A DNA stretch of 64,000 nucleotides from Candidatus Zhuqueibacterota bacterium (lineage in GTDB: Bacteria; Zhuqueibacterota; Zhuqueibacteria; Thermofontimicrobiales; Thermofontimicrobiaceae): the NCBI GenBank assembly GCA_016783825.1, contig JADHVV010000003.1:45-64044 (forward strand), in the 5' to 3' direction. Numbering within the stretch: position 1 is the first letter of the stretch; each line of letters starts with the position of its first letter. Positions 17,674 to 27,789 of the stretch are shown piece after piece. A program made the position numbers and the translations under genes. The notes beneath the pieces are model-generated. The model saw only the letters and a list, made by a program, of their open reading frames with translations. It searched no databases and had not been told where the DNA came from.

Positions 17674-17720
17674 GAAGTCATTCTGAATCACTCATCAACA
17701 GGATTCAGAATGACTTTTTT
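17674..17720. terminator. bidirectional intrinsic terminator between convergent genes
   Basis: 13-bp perfect stem gtcattctgaatc / gattcagaatgac, flanked by an A-run on the left and a T-run on the right. Confidence 0.65.
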
Positions 17721-17746
17721 ATTAAGATAATTAATGTGTTATTTCC

Positions 17747-19498
17747 TTATTTAAGCAGGAGGAGCTTACGGGAAGCGGTAAATTTTTCTGTGTGTAATTT
17801 GTAAATATACACACCGCTTGCCAAATGTTCGGCATCCCATTCGTATTGATAGCTACCTGCTTCCTGTTGCTCCGAAACCACAGTCGCTATCTTTTGTCCG
17901 GCCATGTTGAAAATTACAAATTCAACATTACTTCGCTGCGGCAACTGGTAACTGATGACGGTGCTTGGGTTGAACGGATTGGGGTAGTTCTGTTCAAGAG
18001 CAAATCTTTGTGGCGTAATGTTTTTAGGTAAGTCAACAGAGGTCACCTTAAATTCTGACTCTAAAGCGCCCATGTCCACAAATTCATCAGCAGATTGATC
18101 TGGTCGGGCGTTACCACCAAAATCAATCGGAGGAGCATGATACATTTTTTCATCTATTAAAATTGAATCTATGCCTGCCCCAATACACGGACTGCTGTCT
18201 GATAAATGAAACAGCGTATCTGCAAACAATGGGTCCGCGCTGATATTATTCTCACCAACCCATACACTATCCTGAATATTTGAATGGGCCACCATAACAG
18301 AACCCGAAATTTGCGGACCGGTTGAGGCTTGATTATTCCATAATATCGAATTAATCACAACAGGATTGACACCACTCGACGTTATTCCTCCGCCTCCATT
18401 AGATGCGCTATTATTTATAATGGTATTATTAATAATTTGTGAGATACTGGATCTGCTGTCAATGCCGCCACCATAAAGTGCTGAATTGCCTGTAATAATA
18501 TTATTGGTAATACTTAATTTACCTTTAAAGATATAGATCCCGCTTCCACGCCCAGAATTACTGCTATTGTAAGAAATAATATTTCTGTCAATAAATGATG
18601 TTCCTGCCATTTGATAAACATAGATGCCGGCACCGTAATTTGTGCCGTTGCCACTTAATATATTTCGAGATATCTCATTACCTACCACATTTGAACTCAT
18701 ACCGCTCTCAATTGATAAACCGCCTGCAAATGCGTTAACATCCCCAATGGCCTGATTATGAGTAATGCGATTGTTTTTAATCACTGCAGTACGAGGAAAA
18801 GAAGTTTCCGTCCAACAGCCCACTGCGCCAAATGCATGATGGGTTGCATTACTCGTGTTAAAGGAGATGTCATTGTTTTTTATTGTTGCATTACATGTAA
18901 GATCTACACCACATCCCCAGGCGTCCGCGCCAGTGGTTGTATTATATACTATTTGGTTTCCATCAATTATAACATGGGCCGTGCTGCCATTCGGATAGCC
19001 ACCAATCCCGCCTCCTGTACTCACATTATGATCAGGGACATGATTGTTCATAATTTTATTTTGCGCGATACGTGCTCCAGAATTATAACAAAGGATTCCT
19101 CCACCTACTCTTACAGCATCACCACCAGTTTCTGTTATTGTCCCGCTGCCATTGGTTATGGTGAAACCATGTAAAACAGAAGTAGTATCTTCACCGGAAA
19201 CAAAAAAGACTACCGAACCACTGTCCGCATGACTTGGTGAACTACCATCGATGATGGTATTGGAAATGTGGCTGGTGTCGTCATCCACAAAATAGTGGCT
19301 GGCAACGGTGATGGCTTTTCCTTTGTAATTAATGTTTTCGTAATAGGTGCCATCTGCTACCAAAACAGTGTCTCCTTCCACTGCTGCGTTTATGCCAGCC
19401 TGAATAGTTGCCTGATCTCCCGGAACGTTAATAGTGTCTGCAAATGAGATCCTTGTTAAGAGAGTTACAAAACAAATAACAAAAATAAAACGTTTCAT
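17747..19498 (-). CDS. right-handed parallel beta-helix repeat protein, T9SS cargo
   Basis: 583 aa with a signal peptide. Repeated N.I..N/G.G.GI turns. C-terminal EQNYPNPFNPSTVISY sorting domain. Confidence 0.8.
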   Translation of the reverse strand: MKRFIFVICFVTLLTRISFADTINVPGDQATIQAGINAAVEGDTVLVADGTYYENINYKGKAITVASHYFVDDDTSHISNTIIDGSSPSHADSGSVVFFVSGEDTTSVLHGFTITNGSGTITETGGDAVRVGGGILCYNSGARIAQNKIMNNHVPDHNVSTGGGIGGYPNGSTAHVIIDGNQIVYNTTTGADAWGCGVDLTCNATIKNNDISFNTSNATHHAFGAVGCWTETSFPRTAVIKNNRITHNQAIGDVNAFAGGLSIESGMSSNVVGNEISRNILSGNGTNYGAGIYVYQMAGTSFIDRNIISYNSSNSGRGSGIYIFKGKLSITNNIITGNSALYGGGIDSRSSISQIINNTIINNSASNGGGGITSSGVNPVVINSILWNNQASTGPQISGSVMVAHSNIQDSVWVGENNISADPLFADTLFHLSDSSPCIGAGIDSILIDEKMYHAPPIDFGGNARPDQSADEFVDMGALESEFKVTSVDLPKNITPQRFALEQNYPNPFNPSTVISYQLPQRSNVEFVIFNMAGQKIATVVSEQQEAGSYQYEWDAEHLASGVYIYKLHTEKFTASRKLLLLK

Positions 19499-19611
19499 GG
19501 TGCACCTCAGTATTTAATAAAAAGTGATAGAATTATACCTTGAATATACAAAATTAGATGAGGGATTATCTACCAGGTATGTTTCAAAAAATGCAAGAAA
19601 TGTAACATATT

Positions 19612-21909
19612 TTATTGTTCTTGCTTTTTGGTGTAGTGGGAAGGCAGTTGACCAAATTGTTTGCGAAAACATTCCGCAAAATAGGAGGGATTATTAAAAC
19701 CCACCTTGTAGGAAATTTCAGCCACATTGCCATCCTTTGAGGCAAGCAGTTGTGCAGCCCGTTTCAAGCGAAAGCAGCGAATAAACCCCGAAGCGGATAA
19801 ATCGGTAAGCGCGCGAAGTTTTCGGTGCAATTGCACCCGGCTTAATCCTATTTGACGGGCTAAACTCTCAACATTGAGTCCCGGATCAGACAAGCTTTGT
19901 TCAACAGTATCCATGGTGCGCTGAAGAAACCGTTCATCCACAGAGGTAATGGCAATATCCGCCGGCTGCAAGCTGATCTCACGACTAAATCGCTCCCTTA
20001 ATTTTTTCCTTTGTTCGATTAAGTTTTTAATCCGCACGCGCAATTCTTTTTCATTAAACGGCTTAACCATATAATCATCCGCGCCGGTTTCCAGACCGGT
20101 GATTTTACTTTCATGCGAAGCTTTGGCTGTCAGCAAAATGATGGGAATGTGGCTGGTTTTTTCGTCAGTTTTTAAGATGCGGCATAGTTCATAACCATCT
20201 ATTCCCGGCATCATCACATCGCTGATAATGAGATCCGGAATGAATGTCTGTGCCTTTTTTATTCCCTGCTCTCCGTCGCCTGCTTCAAGTATTTGATACG
20301 ATCTATCCAAATGCTCACGAATGAAAGTCCTTACATCACAATTATCTTCGACTATCAAGATAACGGTAGCATTTTCATGTCCAACTTCTTCATCGTCGCC
20401 TGTTGGTACAAGTTCATCTGACCGGCTTTCAGCGTCCTGCAATGCTTCAACCACTACTGAAGATGTTTCGGCGAATTCTTCTTTCCTGTACGCTTCGCTT
20501 TCAATCTCATGCGGCTGCAAGTGGTTTTTTCCAAGGGGCAATTGCACGACAAAGCACGTTCCGTGTCCTGCTGCAGTTTCGACTGAAATTGCGCCGTGGT
20601 GTAGTTCCACAAGTTCTTTAGCCAGCGCCAAACCAATGCCGCTGCTACTTTGCCCGCGTGTCTGTTTACTATCGACCTGGTGAAAACGGTCAAATATTTT
20701 ATCCACTTGATCTGCCGGAATGCCGGGACCGGTATCAGAAACAGAAATTTCAACAACATCGCCTGCGAGTTCGGAGTCAACCAAAACAGTACGGGAATTA
20801 AAACCGTTCTGGTGAATTTGGCTCGATACAGCGACTGAAATCCCGCCTCCTTCTGGTGTTTGTTTAAAGGCATTGGAAAGCAGGTTGGTAAGAATTTTAT
20901 CAAATTTATCGCGGTCAATATAAACAATCAATGCCGGCTCATAACTTTCGGTTGAGCGAACCGGCGCTTGAAAACGCAGGGTAATTCGTTTACGTTCAGC
21001 CAAAGAATCAAATGAATGGACTAAATATTTAAGTAGTTTGACAATGTTTTCCGGCCTCACCTGAAGCGGCATGCGACCCGATTCCAGCTTTGAAATATCC
21101 AGCAACTGGTTGATCAAGCGCAGAAGACGCCTGCTATTACGTTCCATCATCTGCAAATCCTGCTTCATCCAACCGGGAATAGCTTTCGTCCGCCACGCTT
21201 CGAGAGGACCCAGAATTAACGTGAGCGGTGTACGGAATTCGTGAGAGATATTGGCGAAGAAGAGTGATTTCAATCTGTCAAGTTCTTTAAGTGTTGACTG
21301 TTTTTCTGTCATTGTCTCTAAAACAACAGCAGGGGCAAAAAAAGATAAACAACAAATTAAAATAATCACAATACTAAAACCCAGCGGGGCAAAACTTTCT
21401 ACTAAACGCAAAAAAGCAAAATCAGTATTATGGAGAGCTAAAATAAAAGTGACGATCGATAAAGCTTTAGTTGATATACTTATTTCATTCCATTTAGTAA
21501 ATATGATTTTTGTGCCGGTAAAAAAAGCAGGGAAACTTACAGCAAGAACCACAGGTATAGCAATCAAGGTGAAAGAAAACTGCAAATGATTAAATGTAAT
21601 AGCAATAGGATAGCTGATGAGTATTAAGAAAATAAATAACTTCAAAGGTACTTTTATACCCGTAATTTGAGATAGCAGGTAAGATAGTGCAATATTAATC
21701 AGAAAAGTCGAAGAAAATCCAATGATGATAATAAGGTTATTTTGGTCAAGCTTACCCTGGATAACCATTGAAAAAATACAGGTCAACCAAAGAAAAAACA
21801 CGGAACGGTATAATGGGGCTTTGTCATGCACCCAGAGGATTGCTGAGATAATAATGTTTATAAACAGAACGCCGGAATATAATAAAAGTAAATTTTCCAC
21901 TAAACTCAT
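19612..21909 (-). CDS. hybrid sensor histidine kinase / response regulator with C-terminal AraC-type HTH
   Basis: 765 aa. About 6-7 N-terminal TM helices, H-box FFANISHEFRTPL, HATPase N/G boxes, a receiver domain (ILIVEDN...D...MPG.DG) and an AraC HTH tail. Confidence 0.9.
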   Translation of the reverse strand: MSLVENLLLLYSGVLFINIIISAILWVHDKAPLYRSVFFLWLTCIFSMVIQGKLDQNNLIIIIGFSSTFLINIALSYLLSQITGIKVPLKLFIFLILISYPIAITFNHLQFSFTLIAIPVVLAVSFPAFFTGTKIIFTKWNEISISTKALSIVTFILALHNTDFAFLRLVESFAPLGFSIVIILICCLSFFAPAVVLETMTEKQSTLKELDRLKSLFFANISHEFRTPLTLILGPLEAWRTKAIPGWMKQDLQMMERNSRRLLRLINQLLDISKLESGRMPLQVRPENIVKLLKYLVHSFDSLAERKRITLRFQAPVRSTESYEPALIVYIDRDKFDKILTNLLSNAFKQTPEGGGISVAVSSQIHQNGFNSRTVLVDSELAGDVVEISVSDTGPGIPADQVDKIFDRFHQVDSKQTRGQSSSGIGLALAKELVELHHGAISVETAAGHGTCFVVQLPLGKNHLQPHEIESEAYRKEEFAETSSVVVEALQDAESRSDELVPTGDDEEVGHENATVILIVEDNCDVRTFIREHLDRSYQILEAGDGEQGIKKAQTFIPDLIISDVMMPGIDGYELCRILKTDEKTSHIPIILLTAKASHESKITGLETGADDYMVKPFNEKELRVRIKNLIEQRKKLRERFSREISLQPADIAITSVDERFLQRTMDTVEQSLSDPGLNVESLARQIGLSRVQLHRKLRALTDLSASGFIRCFRLKRAAQLLASKDGNVAEISYKVGFNNPSYFAECFRKQFGQLPSHYTKKQEQ

Positions 21910-21969
21910 TTTAGCTAGCTCCTTTAAAGCTTCCGAATGAGAAATTATTTTTCCAACAATTAAAAAGTT

Positions 21970-22041
21970 CTCTTTATTAATTTATGGCGGGACAGGTTCC
22001 TGCCTTCGCCGATTTTTTCAAGAATTTCACATTTTGATTTT
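21970..22041 (-). pseudogene. relic of a Ser/Thr-kinase 5' end fused to a shared 30-nt junction sequence
   Basis: The minus strand reads ...KCEILEKIGEG(R) and then aacctgtcccgccataaattaataaagaga. The same junction is found at 27699-27730. Confidence 0.4.
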
Positions 22042-22076
22042 TATAAGGCATAAAATCAACAGAGTCATTAATATTT

Positions 22077-22219
22077 CTAATTAGTGTATGTCCGAGAAAG
22101 CAGTTATTCCGGTTGGAGCGCAGCGGAATACCGGAATCTTGTGCATAAAACCATGAGATTCCGGCACAAAAAATCGCCGGAATGACAAAACATACCTTTT
22201 TCGGACAGACACTAATTAG
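22077..22219. mobile_element. MITE-like nested palindrome, family B copy 1
   Basis: Termini are ctaattagtgtatgtccgagaaa / tttttcggacagacactaattag. The core is nearly identical to the core of family A copy 2 (attccggttg.agcg.agcggaataccggaatct...gagattccggca.aaaaa.cg.gccggaatgac). Confidence 0.5.
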
Positions 22220-22240
22220 CAACAGATCATCCAGGATTAT

Positions 22241-22340
22241 CCGATCCATATAACATCTTGATTAAGGCTGAACAACTATATTTTATAATATAGCTATCAT
22301 AACATAATGTTTTATTTTTAAAAAGGCAATAGTTTTTTGG
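22241..22340. repeat. about 100-nt dispersed repeat (putative kinase promoter region), copy A
   Basis: ccaggattatcc..tccatataacat.ttgatta...ttataatatagct.t.ataa...tgttttatt.tttaaaaggcaatagttttttg is shared with 30564-30670. Confidence 0.5.
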
Positions 22341-22642
22341 AAATAAGTGCAAAATACATTTATAGATGGAATATTTTAGAATTAATTTTAGTAGAACTGA
22401 TTCCATCTATTCAAATGATGGAATCAGTTGATAAAGCAGGAATGATAATTTTTGTGATACAGGCAGTAGACTTTATTGCTTAGCATCGGACCGATTGTTT
22501 CTATAATTATCGGTGGAACTTGAATTCACTATCGACGTACTGGCATTCTACAGCACAAGTAGAAAAACAGATAGAGTCCACCTTTATAAATCGTGCAATA
22601 TTTGACATATCAAAGCCAAAGATGGACTCATTTGTTTTTCAA

Positions 22643-23011
22643 TTATTGGACTTTGAGTGGTATTGGCGGACTGGAATATTCCAAAAAATCCCAAATATTT
22701 TTTACGCGGAGTTCGAAGGTGGTATTCCCGGACTTTTTACCGTAGATATGAAATTGCCATTTTTTCAATTCATCACGCTGTTCAAACGAGGCAATTTCAG
22801 ATTCATCGTGCTTCAAATTCAAATTGTAATATTTTTCATCGAAGCTCAATTTCTCTCCATTTTTATCTACGAACTCAACTTCGAAAACTTGTGAATCTTG
22901 ATCAGTTAGGACAGTGACAATTCCTTCTACTATTGCTTCTTTCGCTAATGCAACCGTCTTTCCATCCTGAGTTATTTTCAGTTCTTGTACTTCTTCATTC
23001 TACACTTTCAT
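22643..23011 (-). pseudogene. small unknown ORF interrupted by TAG at codon 4
   Basis: ATG 23011, then MKV-TAG(23000-23002)-NEEVQELKITQDGKTV..., open down to 22643. There is no other start except TTG 22849. Confidence 0.3.
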
Positions 23012-23174
23012 AGTCAAGAAAGATGCCAAAAATAATAATGCTCCTCAAGCCTATGCATAAGGAGCTATTATTTTTAAACTAACAAATTATTATTCGGAGA
23101 CAAAGATGGAAAAATAGTGGGATGTTTTGTGGTGTTTTATAACAACATGTTGGCGAAACTTACCACGCTTTTTT

Positions 23175-24680
23175 TCAAGTTTTAAAAGACGTTGCATCGA
23201 TTTCATGCTTTTTCATAATTTTATGAAAATTGCTGGCATCGATTCCGGCCATTTTCGCGGCTTTGCGAACGCCTCCCTTGACAGCACGCAAGCAGTCGAT
23301 TACAAATTCACGTTCTGCCTGTTCAGCCGCAGATCGTTTGGCCTCTGTTAGGCTGGAGAACTCTTTTGAAGTGCCGAGAACACGACGATTTTGAACCATG
23401 CTGGCGGGCAGATGTTGCGGTGTGATGACATTTTCCTCAGCTAATGTTACAGATCGCTGCACCGCATTTTCTAACTCACGGATATTGCCAGGATAGTCAA
23501 AAGCCAACAGACATGCTTCCGCTTCACGAGAAAGACGTAGATTATTCTTTTTGCACTTTTTCCCATAAATATTGATGAAGTGTTTTGCAAGGACAAGGAT
23601 GTCGTCCTTACGTTCTCGCAGCGGTGGCAATTCAATATCGATGACATTAAGCCGATAATACAGGTCATTTCGAAATTTTCCTTCGTTTACATGTTCCAAC
23701 AGATTTTGATTTGTTGCAGTGAGTACGCGCACGTCCGCTTGTTGAATTTCTCTGCTGCCTACTCGTGAGTATTCGCCTGTTTGCAAAACTCTTAATAATT
23801 TAACTTGAAGCGCTGATGTCATTTCACCGACTTCATCAAGAAAAATCGTGCCACCTTTGGCTGTTTCAAACCAGCCGGCTTTGCCGTTAATAGCGCCGGT
23901 AAAAGCCCCCTTCACATGTCCAAAAAACTCCGATTCAAGCAAGCTCTCGGGAAGCGCACCGCAATTTATCGGGATAAATGGCTTTGAACTGCGGCTGCTA
24001 TTAAAATGAATCGCCCGTGCGATGAGCTCTTTTCCGGTGCCGCTTTCGCCGTGTATGGTAATGATTGCTTCAGAGTTCGCAACTTGCGAAACAAGCTTTA
24101 GTATTTTCATCATTTTGGGATTGTGACTGATAATCTCATTAAACTGATATTTACTTCGAAGATCCGACTCCAGGCCCAAAATGCGTTGTTCTTTTCCCTT
24201 TAGCTTCAGGGCATTGTGTGCAGACATTGATATGAAATCTGCGAACGAGCCAACGATGTCAAATATTTGTGGTGTAAATATACCACGCATGGTTCGATTG
24301 TCTAAATAAACCACTCCAAAAAAATCTCCCTCATGCGCTAATGGCAGACACATGACCGACAGAATTTGCAAGCGGATGACGCTCTTGCTTTTTTGGATAA
24401 GCGGCTCCTCCAGCGCGTTGCGAAAGCACAATGGTCTGCGGTTGGTTTTTACTTTATCAATTATCGTGCGGCTGACTTCGAACTCGGGATTCTTGACATC
24501 TTTTTTATCCAGATTTCTCGCTGTTTCGAATATACCATTCCCGAGCTTGTCAAATAAAATGATCATTCCCCGCTCAGCTTTTGAAATTTCCACAAGCTGA
24601 TCCATTGCCACGGCTAACACGCTGCTCACTTCTGTTTCTGCCAATACTCGTTTGGCTAATCGGAGTAATTGATCTTGCAT
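23175..24680 (-). CDS. sigma54-dependent transcriptional activator with N-terminal GAF domain
   Basis: 501 aa. AAA+ GESGTGKE, GAFTGA, ESELFGH-like ESEFFGH, and a C-terminal Fis-type HTH. Confidence 0.9.
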   Translation of the reverse strand: MQDQLLRLAKRVLAETEVSSVLAVAMDQLVEISKAERGMIILFDKLGNGIFETARNLDKKDVKNPEFEVSRTIIDKVKTNRRPLCFRNALEEPLIQKSKSVIRLQILSVMCLPLAHEGDFFGVVYLDNRTMRGIFTPQIFDIVGSFADFISMSAHNALKLKGKEQRILGLESDLRSKYQFNEIISHNPKMMKILKLVSQVANSEAIITIHGESGTGKELIARAIHFNSSRSSKPFIPINCGALPESLLESEFFGHVKGAFTGAINGKAGWFETAKGGTIFLDEVGEMTSALQVKLLRVLQTGEYSRVGSREIQQADVRVLTATNQNLLEHVNEGKFRNDLYYRLNVIDIELPPLRERKDDILVLAKHFINIYGKKCKKNNLRLSREAEACLLAFDYPGNIRELENAVQRSVTLAEENVITPQHLPASMVQNRRVLGTSKEFSSLTEAKRSAAEQAEREFVIDCLRAVKGGVRKAAKMAGIDASNFHKIMKKHEIDATSFKT

Positions 24681-24692
24681 TTGTAATTCCTT

Positions 24693-27690
24693 TTATTTCT
24701 CTGATAATTTTGAGTAACGTGCTTTCGCATCAATCAATTCCGGTAAATCTTTGTCCGCATCTTTCCAGATGTCCAAAAATTTCTCGTACTCTGTTATTGC
24801 TTTTTGTGTTGCGCCTTTTTCTTCGTACAATTTGGCTAACCGGTAATGATATTTGGGATGAATGAGTAACCGCTCTTTGCTATCTGGGTCAAACGTGATC
24901 AACTGCTCGTATTCGGCGATGGCTTTGTCGATGTTTCCCATTTTGACATAAATCCTGGCTGAATAATCTTTAAGGAAAGGTACATTGTATGATCCTAAAT
25001 CGCCTAAATCCATTTGTGGCGTTGGTATTGTTGTTTTATTCCACAAATGCATTGCTTCTTCAAGCGAACCGTGTGATAATAATAGTTCTGTAGATAATAT
25101 GTTATAATCGGATAATATGCTATTATTATAGAATTGCCCCGATACTTCTAATTGGGCTTTTGGTAATAGAGATTTTATCTCGGTCAATTTCATCTTTACG
25201 GAATCAATTTTTCCCTCATTTAAGTCTATTAGGCCAGTAAAGTAATTGTATCCAATTTTGTGGGAAAATATCCATGATCCATATCGAAGCCTTAATTCGT
25301 ACATTTTGGTGAATGCTTTTCGGCTGGAGTTGTAATCGCCCGATTCAAGATAAATCCACCCAAGTGTCCAATTTACCCAGTCGATGGCATCAAAATTCTC
25401 AACCTTTTCTGCCAAATCTTCTAACCTGTATAGCTCGCTCAAAGATAGGTCAATTTTACCAAGCCAGCTATGATAAAACGCTTTCCACCATAAACCCTCA
25501 CCCAGTGGGCCGGTAGACCTGGCCCTATTGATATAATTGTTAATCCATTTCATCGCTTCAGCGTAATCTTCTTTCATCGCATAAATATAGGCAATCTTCC
25601 AATTTGAGCGAAATTCAGGTTTAATCTTCAGCGCTTCCTGATAGTTTATAATGGCATCATCAAAATGTCCGATTTGAAAATAGAGATCACCCAGTCGATC
25701 AAATGAATTCGCATTTCCGGGAGCGGCTGATGCGTATCGCTTTAGATTATCGATGGCCTTTTCAAAATCACACATACGAACATAGGTAAAAGTGAGCTGT
25801 TCGTAGGCCCATCCAAATTGGGGATCAAGCTCCAATGTCTTGTTGAACTCAGCAATAGCTTCGGAATAAAGTTCTTTCGCTTTGTAATCAAAACCTAACC
25901 ACAAGTGAGGGAATTTCTCCTTTGGGTATTTTTTCACCATCTGACGTAAGATGCGTAATGCTTGTTCTCGATTCTTCTCTATACCCCAAATGTAATAAGC
26001 ATCAATTAATAAACGCTCTTTGTTCGGCGCCTTGTATGAAAGCGCTTTAGCCTTTTCAAAAGCTTCTTGTGCTCCTTTTTCATCCCTTAAGAAATTATTA
26101 GCAAGACCAAGATACCACTGTGCTATCGCAAATGTTGAATCGAGTTGGACTGCTTTCTCAAGAGACACCTTAGCGTCTTCATGATTTGAGTGTCCCAACT
26201 CTGTAATACCCATGATATAATGCTGATAAGCCTCCATGGAATTTGTTGTGACTTCTGCAACTAGCTTTTGTGTAATTGCTATTTTGCGTTCAGAGAGACC
26301 AACTCCTTGTGCAATGTCCCTGCTCAATTCATCAATCTGGTTCTGTAAAATACTGCCGACGCCCTCTCCCTGTGAGCTGGCACTTTTAAGAAGTCGTTTT
26401 GACGCAACATCCAGCACCTTCACATCTGTGGCAAATTGTTCACCCGCTTTTATGAAACTGCCCAAAACGATAGTGGCGATTCCTTCCATGCGGCACAGCT
26501 CAAAGCCCAGCTCTTCGTCTATTGTCTCAATGCTGTCATGCCCAATTTGTTTGAGGAGATCAAACATCCTCTGCCAGGTGGTCACGTGAAAGTAGTTGGA
26601 CTGTTCAAGACTAGTAATCAACAGGTTAGGTATGGCTTTTTGCAGATAGTCAAATGATTTGTCCCCAGTCTGATTTTCAAAATTTATCACTGCAATTGGA
26701 ATGGGATCTGATATCTCTGTCTGTTTCAAGAAGAGTGGTCTGAGAATAAGAAATACAACAGCTAATAATGTTATTATCCCGGCCGGTATCATAATTCTCA
26801 TGAACGACTTTTTCTTGGATTTCCTTTCTATAATTTTAGAAGTCTGAGGTCTTGCAGCAGTCTCCATCTCCTTTTTTAGATTCTTCAAATCACTTAACAT
26901 TTCATCTATATGCTGGTAGCGTTCATTGGAATTTTTCGTTAACGCCTTATGTGTGATCCGCCTTAATTCTTTTGCACATCTGTACGCAAGCCAGTCATCG
27001 GTTCGGGATCTACATTCAAAATGGAATACACCACTGCGTGCTCGTATTCACCTTTAAAAGGAAGATAACCGGTAAGCATTTCGTACAAAACGACACCGAG
27101 CGACCAGATATCTGTACGAGAATCCATGGATTCACCCATCAACTGTTCCGGTGACATGTAAGCAATGGTGCCGGGAGTTTCTCCGTCCTTTGTTATTTTT
27201 GGAGTATCAGATCTTTGCGCTAGTCCAAAATCGATGATCTTAACTTCACCATGTTTGGTTACAATAATGTTGGCTGGTTTAATATCGCGGTGTGTGATCC
27301 CTGCTTCGTGAGCCTTGGATAAACCATTTATCATTTGAGTTGTTATATCTATTGTTTTTTCAATTGGTAATGATCCATGCTCAAGTCTATCTGTGAGAGT
27401 TTCCCCATCATAATAAGCCATAACTATAAACATTTGGTTGTTCCCTGGCTCCCCTGGGATTTCATCAAATTCATAAATAACACCAATATTAGGATGATCC
27501 AGCGAAGAGGCAGTTTTGGCTTCATGTATGAACCGTTTTTTCTCTCCTTATCCGAACTGAAATAATGAGGTAGAAACTTGATGGCGACGAAGCGGTCAAG
27601 TTTTAAATCTCGCGCTTTATAGACAACGCCCATCCCGCCTTCGCCGAGTTTTTCGATAATCTTGTAATGTGAAATGGTTTTTCCAATCAT
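24693..27690 (-). pseudogene. Ser/Thr protein kinase - TM - TPR protein, frame broken twice (or two homopolymer sequencing errors)
   Basis: N-terminus [26 protein letters not shown]. The kinase sequence continues in the +1 frame after the T6 run 27536-27541 ([18 protein letters not shown]...). A second shift lies at about 26970-26976 (LRTDV|PKELRRITHKAL..RYQ). A TM helix and many TPRs follow. Confidence 0.8.
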
Positions 27691-27698
27691 TAGTAAGC

Positions 27699-27785
27699 TC
27701 TCTTTATTAATTTACGGCGGGACAGGTTCCCGCCTTGGCCTAGTTTTTCAAGTATTCTGTAATGTGAAATTACTTTGCCAATCAT
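27699..27785 (-). pseudogene. second kinase 5' relic (MIGKVISHYRILEKLGQGG) fused to the shared junction sequence
   Basis: ATG 27785; 19 kinase-like codons end inside the P-loop codons. The sequence then reads aacctgtcccgccgtaaattaataaagaga immediately before the start of the next kinase. Confidence 0.45.
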
Positions 27786-27789
27786 TATA

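Noticed and set aside
21977-22249. ORFs running through repeat elements (21977-22249, 35574-35822, 42221-42454). These include similar short peptides MKSSIFYYF / MKSFISFYF / MKNFGSNYFYF next to the AGCAGAATAAT modules, which I considered as possible leader peptides.
   Set aside because: The ATGAAAAGCT segment is present in only three of the six modules, and the downstream frames are not conserved. The similarity is explained by nucleotide conservation of the repeat itself.
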